Source: Xanthobacteraceae bacterium (GTDB lineage Bacteria; Pseudomonadota; Alphaproteobacteria; Rhizobiales; Xanthobacteraceae). Taken from it: a DNA stretch of 64,000 bases. The stretch is taken from NCBI GenBank assembly GCA_050725855.1, contig JBOHIU010000214.1, positions 32,838 through 96,837 on the forward strand, given 5' to 3'. The position numbers and the translations under genes were made by a program. The notes under the pieces were generated by a model. It did no database searches and had not been told where the DNA came from. It saw only the letters and a program-made list of their open reading frames with translations. Position 1 is the first letter of the stretch. Each line of letters begins with the position of its first letter. Positions 8,041-17,092 of the stretch are shown here, piece by piece.

Positions 8041-9251
8041 CGGGTTGCTTCCACCAGCGTGTTCACGTCATCCTCGACATAATAGAAGCCGCCATCGGGC
8101 GCCATGGCGATCCCGAACAAGTCGCCGTTGCCCGGTGGCGATTGCGCCTGATCGTTATCGATCCAGCGGGTTCCGAGCTGCCGTCCGCTTTTGGGGTCAA
8201 TCTCGACCACCTCACCATCCAGCGCATTCGTCACCAAAAGGTGACCCTCGGGCGTAATCGCCATGGCCAGCGGCCGTTTCAGATAACCCCCTACTGTAAT
8301 CGTCTTCCCGGCTCCCGCGCTGCCTGTCCGTGTGGTCGCCTTCGGGATCGCCGTAATCCTGTTGCCAAGCGCATCCGACACGTAAAGGGTATTATCCGGT
8401 CCAAGCGCCAGTCCGGTCGGTCCGATCAGAAAGGCATCCTTGTCCGCGCGCTGACCGAAGCCGTTAGCGACCACAACCCGGCTTTTGATGATGGGCGGCT
8501 TTCCCGGCGGAATTGTCAGCTCCAGGCGCAGCACGGTGGCTTTTTCAACCACTACCGGCGCTTTGGTCTTAGGATCGATCGTATCCGGCCCCGGCACATC
8601 GAATCCGGCCATGCTGATGAACAATGTCGCGGCCGACCCCCGGTCCACGACGGCCATGTTGCCCCACGGATCATTGATGTCGGAACCGGTCCAGGTCGCA
8701 ACCAGCCTGCCCGCGGGATCGAGCACGAGTAAGCAGCCGGGGCCCTTGGTTTTGGTCGTTCCGTCGGTGCTTGGCGTGCTGCCAACGATCACCCATCCGC
8801 TCTTGAGCATAGTCATTGCCGTGCCAAGACCCACTCCTCCCGGACATTGCGGGACCTGCTGCGGCAGGTCGACGAAAACGGACGTCTTCTTGCTGGACGG
8901 GCTATATACGACAATTGTGGTGCCGGTGCCTTGGAAGTTTTTCTTGTTGTTGAAGTTTGTGACCAGTACATCGCCTTTTTGAATTTTCCCCGTGGAGACC
9001 GGCGCGACCACAATCGCATAGGGATTGAGATCACCGTTTCCGGGCACGGTGGAGGTCCGCGTGATCTGATGCCGAATTCCCGCCAAATAACCGCTTCCCC
9101 TTGATGACTTGATGCGGCTATTGGTCTCGGCGGTCGACTGGGCGACGCCCCCACCCTGCGGAATCGGATTTTGCGCCACCGCCACCGTCGCAAAGGCCAG
9201 AGCGACGAATGTCGCCGTGAGCCCCAGCCCGATCACTTTCTGCGAATCCAT
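8037..9251 (-). CDS. secreted beta-propeller repeat protein (NHL/YncE-like blades), function unknown
   Basis: The ORF-track start at 9293 is GTG. The ATG at 9251 has AAGGGAAGGA just upstream and yields signal peptide MDSQKVIGLGLTATFVALAFATVAVAQ. Repeated blade motifs: DVLVTNFNN, LYVSDALGNRI, LLVTNALDGEVVEID, FYYVEDD. Confidence 0.75.
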   Translation of the reverse strand: MDSQKVIGLGLTATFVALAFATVAVAQNPIPQGGGVAQSTAETNSRIKSSRGSGYLAGIRHQITRTSTVPGNGDLNPYAIVVAPVSTGKIQKGDVLVTNFNNKKNFQGTGTTIVVYSPSSKKTSVFVDLPQQVPQCPGGVGLGTAMTMLKSGWVIVGSTPSTDGTTKTKGPGCLLVLDPAGRLVATWTGSDINDPWGNMAVVDRGSAATLFISMAGFDVPGPDTIDPKTKAPVVVEKATVLRLELTIPPGKPPIIKSRVVVANGFGQRADKDAFLIGPTGLALGPDNTLYVSDALGNRITAIPKATTRTGSAGAGKTITVGGYLKRPLAMAITPEGHLLVTNALDGEVVEIDPKSGRQLGTRWIDNDQAQSPPGNGDLFGIAMAPDGGFYYVEDDVNTLVEATR

Positions 9252-9379
9252 AATCCTTCCCTTCTGCAGCACTTCATCGTCCAATCCGACCACGTCACCC
9301 GCGAATCGCGCAAAGCGTCAGCGCGTCGCCCCGGAACAGCAGAAAAATGCAAATCGAGCGTACGTCCAGTAACAATCTT

Positions 9380-9399
9380 GAATTTAATTATTCCAATTA
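9380..9399. promoter_or_regulatory. ICE-like operator, copy 3, upstream of the propeller-efeB operon
   Basis: GAATTTAATTATTCCAATTA. About 130 nt upstream of the ATG at 9251. Confidence 0.55.
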
Positions 9400-9563
9400 A
9401 GCAAAGGAGGAAGCCGTATCGGCCCTGCGCCTGGCAGATCAGGTTGGTCGCAGCTCATCTGGCTGTAAGCGAATGCCCAGAACAGTCCGTGCGGCCAACA
9501 CAGCGACGAACGTTGCGCCGAGTGGAAGCCGACAGGGGCGATTCGAAGTCGCAGGTCGCTCGT

Positions 9564-11411
9564 TCACTCGGCCGCCTGCATGTCGGACGCGTCGATGAAG
9601 CCGCCGGCCTGGCGGCGCCACAGCGCCGCGTAATGGCCGTTTTGCGCAATCAGCTCGCGATGGCTGCCCTGCTCGACGATCCGGCCGTGTTCGAGCACGA
9701 CCAAACGGTCCATTTGCGCGATGGTGGAGAGGCGATGCGCAATGGCGATCACGGTCTTGCCTTGCATTAGCGTGCCGAGGCTCGATTGAATTGCGGCCTC
9801 CACTTCGCTGTCGAGCGCCGAGGTCGCCTCATCGAACACGAGGATCGGCGCGTCCTTGACAATGACGCGGGCGATGGCGACGCGCTGGCGCTGGCCGCCG
9901 GAAAGCTTCACGCCGCGCTCGCCGACGTGGGCTTCGTAGCCGCGGTTGTCCTGCCAATCTTCCAGTTCAAGAATGAAATCGTGCGCGTGCGCAAGCTTGG
10001 CGGCGCGCTCGATCTCCTCGTCGGTCGCCTGCGGCCGGCCGTAGCGAATGTTTTCTCGGATCGAACGGTGCAGGAGCGAGGTGTCCTGCGTCACCACCGA
10101 TATCTGGCTGCGCAGCGATTCGGCCGTGAGGCCGGAAATATCCTGGCCGTCGATCAGGATCGCGCCGCCTTCGAGATGGAAGAAGCGCAGCAACAGATTG
10201 ACCACGGTCGACTTGCCCGCGCCCGAGCGGCCGACCAAGCCGATCTTCTCGCCGGGATGAATCGTCAGGTTGAAATTCTGCAGCACGCCGGCGTCGCGGC
10301 CATAGCCGAAGCGGACATTCTTGAAGTCGATGCGGCCGGCGCGCACCGTCAGCGGCCGCGCGTTTTCCGGATCTGGAAGCTGCAGCGGCTGTGCAATCGT
10401 CAGCATGCCCTCCTGCACCACGCCCACATCTTCGAAAATCTCGGTGATACGCATGGCGATCTGACGCGACATGTTGGAGAGCTGCAGCGTCAGCGGCAGC
10501 ACCATGGCGATGGTGCCGACCTCGACGGCGCCGTAGCGCCACAGCATGACCGCCAAGGCGCCGGCGCCGGCGATCAGCAGCACGTTGAGAATGTCGAGCA
10601 GCGTCACGAATGCCGTCAGCAGCCGCTGCGCCGCCTTAAACAAGTCGACATGACTCTCGACCGCGTCGCGCACATATTCGTCTTCCTCGCGGGCGCGGGC
10701 GAACAGCTTGACCGTGAGGATGTTGGTGTAGCTGTCGACGATGCGACCCATCAGCGTCGAGCGGGCGATCGAGGAGACCTTCGAGCGCTCGCGCATGCGC
10801 GGAACGAAATAGACGAGCAACGCTGCGTAACCGCAGAACCACAGCACGAGCGGCAAAGCGAGCCAGCGATCCGCCGCCGCCGCCAATGCGATCGCCGAAG
10901 CGCCGTACACCGAGATATACCAGACCGTGGTTATGGTCGCGGTCAGCGTCGAGCGCACCGACGGGCCGGTCTGCATGACGCGATTGGAAATGCGACCGGC
11001 GAAATCGTTTTGAAAAAATGCCCAGCTCTGGCGCACCACGTGCCAGTGCGATTGCCAGCGGATCAGTCCGGTAAATGGCGCCGCGATGGCTTGGTTGGAG
11101 AGGAGATAGCGCATCAGCGTCACCGTCGGCCGCACCACGACGACGAACGCGGCGATGCCAAGGAGCCACGGCCAATCCTCGGTGAACAGCCGGTCGGGCG
11201 GCATCTTGGTCACCATGGTGACGATGCGGCCCATGAACCACGGCAGGGCGCTGTCAGTCAGCGCCGATAGGCATTCGACCACGAACAAGGCCGCGAACAG
11301 CCACTTCGCTTGACGCGCGAAGTGCCACAGGAACGCAATGAGCTTGTCCGGCGGTTCCGGGCTTTCCGGGGCGGCTGTCGGCGTCAGGATTCGTTCAAAA
11401 AAAGAAAACAT
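9564..11411 (-). CDS. fused permease/ATPase ABC exporter (MsbA-like half transporter)
   Basis: The ORF-track start 11447 is TTG. ATG 11411 gives MFSFFERILTP, a typical N-terminus for this Rhizobiales exporter family. Six TM segments followed by GRSGAGKST, LSGGQRQRVAIAR, ILVFDEATSALD. Confidence 0.88.
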   Translation of the reverse strand: MFSFFERILTPTAAPESPEPPDKLIAFLWHFARQAKWLFAALFVVECLSALTDSALPWFMGRIVTMVTKMPPDRLFTEDWPWLLGIAAFVVVVRPTVTLMRYLLSNQAIAAPFTGLIRWQSHWHVVRQSWAFFQNDFAGRISNRVMQTGPSVRSTLTATITTVWYISVYGASAIALAAAADRWLALPLVLWFCGYAALLVYFVPRMRERSKVSSIARSTLMGRIVDSYTNILTVKLFARAREEDEYVRDAVESHVDLFKAAQRLLTAFVTLLDILNVLLIAGAGALAVMLWRYGAVEVGTIAMVLPLTLQLSNMSRQIAMRITEIFEDVGVVQEGMLTIAQPLQLPDPENARPLTVRAGRIDFKNVRFGYGRDAGVLQNFNLTIHPGEKIGLVGRSGAGKSTVVNLLLRFFHLEGGAILIDGQDISGLTAESLRSQISVVTQDTSLLHRSIRENIRYGRPQATDEEIERAAKLAHAHDFILELEDWQDNRGYEAHVGERGVKLSGGQRQRVAIARVIVKDAPILVFDEATSALDSEVEAAIQSSLGTLMQGKTVIAIAHRLSTIAQMDRLVVLEHGRIVEQGSHRELIAQNGHYAALWRRQAGGFIDASDMQAAE

Positions 11412-11525
11412 TTTCGATGGGTATAGGGGGTCTATAGGCGGCGTCAATCGAGCGCCCAGGGGAGTGGCTGAGGAGCCCGCAAACCACGCGTTTGCGAGGC
11501 GTTCGCGGGCTGCCGCGACAGTCCG

Positions 11526-12416
11526 CTATGCCGGCGCCTGCTTAGCCGATCGTTGGTGCCGCTGGCGCAGCAGGCCTTCCTGCGCAACCGAGGCCACCAG
11601 CGTGCCGTCGCGCGTGAAAATCGATCCGCGGGAAAAGCCGCGCGAACCGGACAGACTGGGACTGTCCTGTGCATAGAGCAGCCATTCGTCGGCGCGAAAC
11701 GGGCGATGAAACCACAGCGCATGATCGAGACTTGCCGCCATGATGTCCTCGCTGAACACGCTCTTGCCGTGCGGGATGAGCGCGGCGTCGAGCAGCATCA
11801 TGTCGGAGGCGTAGGCCAGCACGCATTGATGGATGGCCGGCGCGTCGGGCAATCGTCCCGTCGCGCGAATCCAGACGTTGAAGCGGCCCTCCGGATTCTT
11901 CTCACCGAGGTAGCGGCCCATCTCGACGGGGCGCAGTTCGATCGGCCGCTCGCGCTCGTAATAGCGGCGCACCGGCTCGGGCATCAGCGGCCAAATCTGC
12001 TCTTTCAGCTCGGCTTCGCTCGGCAGCGCCTCGGGCGCCGCGACGTCGGGCATCCTGATCTGATGCGAGAGACCTTCCTCGATCAGCTGAAACGAAACCG
12101 CCATGGTGAAGATCGCCTGACCGTGCTGGATCGCCGTCACCCGGCGCGTCGTGAAGCTCTTGCCGTTACGGATGCGGTCGGCCTCGTAGATGATCGGGAC
12201 TTTGGGATCGCCGCCAAGCATGAAATAGGCGTGCAGCGAATGCGGCGGCCGCGTCGCCACGTCCTCGACCGTGCGGCAGGCCGCAACCAGCGCCTGCCCG
12301 ATGACCTGCCCGCCAAACACGCGCTGCCAGCGCGATTGTGGCGAGCGGCCGCGGAACAGGTTTACCTCCAGCGGCTCCAGATCGAGGGTCTCAATCAATT
12401 CCTGTACAGCGGACAT
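11526..12416 (-). CDS. tesB: acyl-CoA thioesterase II
   Basis: 296 aa. LEPLEVNLFRGRSPQ...RVFGGQVIGQAL and a double hot-dog layout. Confidence 0.9.
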   Translation of the reverse strand: MSAVQELIETLDLEPLEVNLFRGRSPQSRWQRVFGGQVIGQALVAACRTVEDVATRPPHSLHAYFMLGGDPKVPIIYEADRIRNGKSFTTRRVTAIQHGQAIFTMAVSFQLIEEGLSHQIRMPDVAAPEALPSEAELKEQIWPLMPEPVRRYYERERPIELRPVEMGRYLGEKNPEGRFNVWIRATGRLPDAPAIHQCVLAYASDMMLLDAALIPHGKSVFSEDIMAASLDHALWFHRPFRADEWLLYAQDSPSLSGSRGFSRGSIFTRDGTLVASVAQEGLLRQRHQRSAKQAPA

Positions 12417-12512
12417 GACTCGGTCCCTCGCGGCGTCGGCCGTTCACCCTTTGCATACGGGAACGCCTGCGGGGTCAAGCCCGGAGCTCTCCAGCGTGCT
12501 AGACTTACTCTC

Positions 12513-13781
12513 ATGACGCGGAACGATACGGACGTGCTGATCGCCGGCGGCGGCTTCGCCGGGCTGACACTTGCGATTGCGCTACGGCAGGCGCTGGGAT
12601 CGTCATTTGCCGTGACCGTGGCCGATCCGGCGTTTGGCGCGACCCATTGCACGACCTATGGCGGCGACGAGCGGGCGTCCGCCATCGTCGCTGCCGTCCG
12701 GCGGCTGTTCGAGACCATCGGCGTATGGGCGAGCGTGTCCGGCGAGGCGCAGCCAATCCTCGACATGGTGGTGACCGACAGCCGTCTTAACGACGCGGTC
12801 AGGCCGGTTTTTCTGACTTTCGCGGGTGACGTCGAGTCCGGCGAATCCTTTGCCCACATGATCGAGAACCGGCTTCTGGTTGCGGCGCTGGAAGACAGGG
12901 CGCGCGAACTCGGAGTCGAGTTTTACGCTTCGGCAGTGGGGTCGCGACCCTCTCCCTCCAGGGGAGGGTGGCAGTTGCCGACGAGTTCGGCGCAACGTGT
13001 CGATGTCGAGTTTGCCGATGGCACCATGATCGCGGCGCGCCTTCTCGTTGCCGCCGATGGAGCGCGCTCGACCATTCGCCAAGCCGCCGGCATTGCCACG
13101 CATGGCTGGACTTACGGCCAATCGGCTATTGTGCTCAACGTTGCACACGAACGCGATCATGGCGGCCGTGCCGAGGAGCATTTTCTTCCCGCCGGACCAT
13201 TCGCGATCCTGCCGCTCACCGGACAACGTTCCTCGATTGTGTGGACCGAGAGTACGCGAGAAGCTGAACGCATCGTGGCGTTGCCGGACGATGCCTTTCA
13301 GGCTGAGCTTGAGCAACGCTTCAAGCTGCATCTCGGCGCGGTCAGCGTGATTGGCGCGCGCCGGGTGCACCCGCTCGGATTCTTTGTCGCCCGATCATTC
13401 ATCGCGGAGCGCATTGCCTTGGTCGGCGACGCCGCGCACGTCATTCATCCGATCGCCGGGCAGGGGCTTAACATGGGATTGAAGGACGTCGCCGCGCTTG
13501 CCGAGGTGATCGTCGAGGCCGCACGGCTCGGCCTCGATCCAGGATCGGCAAACGCACTCGAGCAATATCAGCGATGGCGGCGTTTTGATACGATGACTAT
13601 GGGATTTGCAACGGACGGGCTCAACCGCCTGTTCTCCAATCGCTCCGACGTGCTGCGGCTCGCCCGCGACGTCGGGCTCGGCATGGTCGAACGGGTGCCG
13701 GTCCTCAAGCGCCTGTTTATTCGCGAGGCGGCAGGTCTGGTCGGCGAAGTGCCGAAACTGCTGCGCGGCGAATTGTTGTGA
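12513..13781 (+). CDS. UbiH/UbiF/VisC/COQ6-family FAD-dependent ubiquinone-biosynthesis hydroxylase
   Basis: In-frame ATG at 12513 within the long ORF 11553..13781. The upstream part of that ORF is antisense to tesB. DVLIAGGGFAGLTLA Rossmann motif and GDAAHVIHPIAGQGLNMG. Confidence 0.88.
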   Translation: MTRNDTDVLIAGGGFAGLTLAIALRQALGSSFAVTVADPAFGATHCTTYGGDERASAIVAAVRRLFETIGVWASVSGEAQPILDMVVTDSRLNDAVRPVFLTFAGDVESGESFAHMIENRLLVAALEDRARELGVEFYASAVGSRPSPSRGGWQLPTSSAQRVDVEFADGTMIAARLLVAADGARSTIRQAAGIATHGWTYGQSAIVLNVAHERDHGGRAEEHFLPAGPFAILPLTGQRSSIVWTESTREAERIVALPDDAFQAELEQRFKLHLGAVSVIGARRVHPLGFFVARSFIAERIALVGDAAHVIHPIAGQGLNMGLKDVAALAEVIVEAARLGLDPGSANALEQYQRWRRFDTMTMGFATDGLNRLFSNRSDVLRLARDVGLGMVERVPVLKRLFIREAAGLVGEVPKLLRGELL

Positions 13782-13937
13782 TAGGCGCGCTGAAATATAT
13801 TGATTCCCGGACGCGGTGCACCGCTGATCCGGGACCCTCACAAACTCCGAGTGCGTAACGGTCCGGTTCTGCAGTGCATCACTCCGTTTCACTAGGTGCT
13901 GCACTGCGCCCGGAACACGAAGGTATCTGCGTTGGTC

Positions 13938-14921
13938 ATGGCCTTCAACGAGATCACGGTGATTGGCGGCGGTGCCTGGGGAACGGCCCTGGCGCTCACC
14001 TGCGCGCGCGCCGGGCGCAAGGTAATGCTGTGGGAACACGACGCCGCCAACGCGGAGAATCTAAGAAGCAAGCGCGAGAGCCTGTTTCTGCCTGGCGTGC
14101 GACTTGACGACAGCATCGCGATCGCCGCCAATCTCGCCGACGCGGCGCGTCGGCAGGCGATTCTGCTGGTGGTTCCCGCGCAGGCGGTGAGCGGCGCCGC
14201 GTCGGCGCTGTCGCCCTTGCTCGCGCCGGGAACGCCGGTCATCGTCTGCGCCAAGGGAATTGAGCGCCGGACCAAAAAATTCATGACCGAGATCATTGCT
14301 GCGTGTGCGCCCAACGCCATGCCGGCAATTCTCTCCGGACCGAGCTTCGCCGCAGATGTCGCCCGCGGTATGCCGACCGCGGTGACGCTCGCGACGGACG
14401 ACGGCAAGCTCGCCGCCGAACTGGCGCGGGCGATCGGTTCGGCGAGTTTCCGGCCGTATCACTCGACCGACGTGCGCGGGGTAGAGATCGGCGGCGCCGC
14501 CAAGAACGTGCTCGCCATCGCGGCCGGCGTGGTGGCGGGCCGGGATCTCGGCGCCAGCGCCGCGGCGGCTCTGACCACGCGCGGCTTCGCTGAACTGACG
14601 CGCTTCGGCAGAGCCTACGGCGCAAGGCCTGAGACCATGATGGGTCTTTCCGGGCTCGGCGATCTGCTGCTCACCTGTTCAAGCTCGCAATCGCGCAATT
14701 TTTCCTTCGGCGTCGCGCTTGGCCGCGGCCAAAAACCTTCCGAGATTCACGGCGGTCTCGCCGAGGGCGTCTTCACCGCGCCGGTGCTTCTTGAAATGGC
14801 GCACGATCGCGAAGTGGAGATGCCGATCTCGGCCGCTGTCGCGGCGCTCCTGACCGAACAGATGAGCGTCGGCGAAGCGATCGATTCGCTACTGACGCGG
14901 CCGTTCAAGGCGGAGGAATGA
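13938..14921 (+). CDS. gpsA: NAD(P)H-dependent glycerol-3-phosphate dehydrogenase
   Basis: [19 protein letters not shown]..., [17 protein letters not shown]. Start taken at the internal ATG 13938 of ORF 13896..14921. Confidence 0.9.
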   Translation: MAFNEITVIGGGAWGTALALTCARAGRKVMLWEHDAANAENLRSKRESLFLPGVRLDDSIAIAANLADAARRQAILLVVPAQAVSGAASALSPLLAPGTPVIVCAKGIERRTKKFMTEIIAACAPNAMPAILSGPSFAADVARGMPTAVTLATDDGKLAAELARAIGSASFRPYHSTDVRGVEIGGAAKNVLAIAAGVVAGRDLGASAAAALTTRGFAELTRFGRAYGARPETMMGLSGLGDLLLTCSSSQSRNFSFGVALGRGQKPSEIHGGLAEGVFTAPVLLEMAHDREVEMPISAAVAALLTEQMSVGEAIDSLLTRPFKAEE

Positions 14922-15346
14922 CCATGGCTTACTGGTTGTTGAAAACCGAGCCGGAAGAATTCTCCTGGAACGATCAGGTCAAGCGCGGGGCCAAGGGCGA
15001 GCCGTGGAGCGGCGTGCGCAATTTCACCGCGCGGCGGCATCTCAAAGACATGAAGAAGGGTGAAAAGTTCTTCTTTTATCACACCGGTGCCGAGAAGCAG
15101 GTGGTCGGTATCGGCGAGGTCATCCGCGAGGCTTATCCGGACCCGATCGCGAAAGAGGGCGAACCCTGGGTCGCCGTTCAGACAAGCGCGGTCGAGCCGG
15201 TGCCGAGGCCGGTCACGCTTGCGGAGATCAAAGCCGAGCCTAAGCTGAAAGACATGGCGCTGGTGAAATACGCGCGGCTGTCGGTGCAGCCCGTGACAGC
15301 CGACGAGTGGAAGCTCGTCCGCAAGATGGGCGGCCTAAAGGCTTAA
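14918..15346 (+). CDS. EVE (PUA-like) domain protein
   Basis: 142 aa. [15 protein letters not shown]...[14 protein letters not shown] overlap with the gpsA stop. Confidence 0.85.
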   Translation: MTMAYWLLKTEPEEFSWNDQVKRGAKGEPWSGVRNFTARRHLKDMKKGEKFFFYHTGAEKQVVGIGEVIREAYPDPIAKEGEPWVAVQTSAVEPVPRPVTLAEIKAEPKLKDMALVKYARLSVQPVTADEWKLVRKMGGLKA

Positions 15347-15435
15347 AGCCGTTACTATTGGAGCGCGACCTTTCCGAAAACCGGTGTCCACCGTCGGATC
15401 AAGTCCAAGGGCAAGCTTATCGGGATCACGCTCTA

Positions 15436-17031
15436 TTAATAATGCCGGAAATGCCGCGTATTTGTAAAAACCATGGCGACGTCGTGATCGTCGGCAGCCT
15501 TGATGACCTCGTCATCGCGCACCGAGCCGCCGGGCTGAATGACTGCGGTGGCGCCGGCCTCGATGGCCACGAGTAGTCCGTCGGCAAAAGGAAAGAACGC
15601 ATCCGAAGCAACCGCCGAGCCGTTGGTGGCGGGTTCTGCAAGACCAGCGGCTTGCGCAGCGTCCGCAGCCTTCCGCGCGGCAATGCGTGCTGCATCGACA
15701 CGGCTCATTTGCCCGGCGCCAATGCCGACAGTGGCTGAATCCTTGGCGTAGATAATCGTGTTGGATTTCACGTGCTTGGCGATGCGAAAGGCAAAGCGCA
15801 GGTCGCGCAGCTCGGCATTGGTTGGTGACCGCCTGGTCACGGCTTTTAGGTCCATGTCGTCGATCACGGCATTGTCGCGCGATTGCACCAAGACGCCGCC
15901 GGCGACGGTCTTCGCCATTAGCCCGTCGGCGCGCGGATCGGGCAATCCGCCGGCGAGGAGGAGCCGGAGATTTTTTTTGGCGCCGACAATCGCGATGGCC
16001 TCCTCGGTCGCGTCGGGTGCGATGATCACCTCGGTGAAAATTTCCGTAATCGTGCTCGCCACCTCGGCGTCGAGCGTGCGGTTGAGCGCGACGATGCCGC
16101 CGAACGCCGAGATCGGATCGCAGGCGAGCGCCTTGCGGTAGGCCTCGACGAGGTCCTTGCCCTCGGCGACGCCGCACGGATTAGCGTGCTTGATAATGGC
16201 GCACGCTGCCGTGCGCGCCGGGTCGAACTCGGCGGCGCATTCGTAAGCTGCGTCGGTGTCGTTGATATTGTTGTAGGAGAGCTGCTTGCCCTGCACTTGC
16301 CGTGCGGTGGCAACGCCGAAGCGCTGTTCAGGCATGCGATAAAACGCTGCCGACTGGTGCGGGTTCTCGCCGTAACGAAGTTTTTCGATCAAGCGGCCGC
16401 CCAGAGCGCGATAGTCGGGTGCCATCTCGCCAAGTTCGCGCGCGAACCAGTTCGCAATGGCAGAGTCGTATGTCGCCGTCCGGGCGAAGGCCTTGGTGGC
16501 GAGCCGCCGCCGCAGCCCGAGCGTCGTCATTCCGTTATGCAGTGCGAGTTCGTCGAGGAGCGCCGCGTAATCGCTCGCCTCGACCAGCACGGCGACGTCT
16601 TCGTGGTTTTTTGCCGCGGCACGGATCATCGCCGGTCCGCCGATGTCGATATTCTCGATGCAGTCGGTAAAAGCGGCACCGCGCGCCACGGTTTCCTCGA
16701 ACGGATAGAGGCTGACGACGAGAATATCGATCGGCCTGATCTTGTGTTCGTGCATCGCCGCGACATGCTGCGGGTCGTCGCGCATGGCAAGCAGTCCGCC
16801 ATGCACGGCCGGATGCAGCGTCTTTATCCGGCCATCCATCATCTCGGGGAATCCAGTGAGCTCGCTCACGTCGAGCACTTCCAGACCGGCATCAGTCAGC
16901 GCCTTGCGTGTACCGCCGGTCGAGATGAGTTCGATGCCGTAGCCGGACAGGGCGCGGGCAAATTCCGCTATCCCGGATTTGTCGGAGACAGAGATAAGGG
17001 CGCGCGTCGCGAGGCGCAGGTGCTCGGTCAT
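15436..17031 (-). CDS. purH: bifunctional AICAR transformylase / IMP cyclohydrolase
   Basis: Start at internal Met 17031 ([20 protein letters not shown]). Full-length PurH similarity through to ...TNTRHFRHY. Confidence 0.93.
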   Translation of the reverse strand: MTEHLRLATRALISVSDKSGIAEFARALSGYGIELISTGGTRKALTDAGLEVLDVSELTGFPEMMDGRIKTLHPAVHGGLLAMRDDPQHVAAMHEHKIRPIDILVVSLYPFEETVARGAAFTDCIENIDIGGPAMIRAAAKNHEDVAVLVEASDYAALLDELALHNGMTTLGLRRRLATKAFARTATYDSAIANWFARELGEMAPDYRALGGRLIEKLRYGENPHQSAAFYRMPEQRFGVATARQVQGKQLSYNNINDTDAAYECAAEFDPARTAACAIIKHANPCGVAEGKDLVEAYRKALACDPISAFGGIVALNRTLDAEVASTITEIFTEVIIAPDATEEAIAIVGAKKNLRLLLAGGLPDPRADGLMAKTVAGGVLVQSRDNAVIDDMDLKAVTRRSPTNAELRDLRFAFRIAKHVKSNTIIYAKDSATVGIGAGQMSRVDAARIAARKAADAAQAAGLAEPATNGSAVASDAFFPFADGLLVAIEAGATAVIQPGGSVRDDEVIKAADDHDVAMVFTNTRHFRHY

Positions 17032-17092
17032 GCCGTGTTCAATCTCATTCTCCGCCTCCTGGCGCAAGCACGGCGGGGGGAGGCAACGCGGC

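Noticed and set aside
9786-11270. Long antisense ORFs inside confirmed genes. Examples: 1323..2375, 9786..11270, 28194..29408, 46644..47492, 47514..48458, 48486..49397, 55897..56736, 61386..62639.
   Set aside because: Each lies opposite a gene with strong family motifs. They have R/G/A/P-dominated low-complexity composition and no recognisable domains, which is typical shadow-ORF behaviour in high-GC DNA.
11553-12512. First 320 codons of the 742-aa plus-strand ORF 11553..13781.
   Set aside because: This part is antisense to tesB and Arg/Gly/Ala-rich. Homology to UbiH-family hydroxylases begins only at the in-frame ATG 12513 (MTRNDTDVLIAGGGFAG). It is a GC-rich antisense read-through artefact.
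13806-13833. Hairpin CCCGGA-c-GCGGTGCACCGC-tga-TCCGGG after the ubiH-family gene, as an intrinsic terminator.
   Set aside because: A good stem, but no U-tract follows. I left it uncalled as it could be Rho-dependent or non-functional.
15360-15433. Imperfect palindromic element GGAGCGCGACCTTTCCGAAAACCGGTGTCCACCGTCGGATCAAGTCCAAGGGCAAGCTTATCGGGATCACGCTC between the convergent EVE gene and purH. It is reminiscent of a Rhizobiales intergenic repeat containing GAAAACCGG...GGGATCA(T/C)GCTC.
   Set aside because: There is only one copy in this window and the resemblance is from memory only. Family membership cannot be established without a genome-wide search. It may simply be a bidirectional transcript-end structure.
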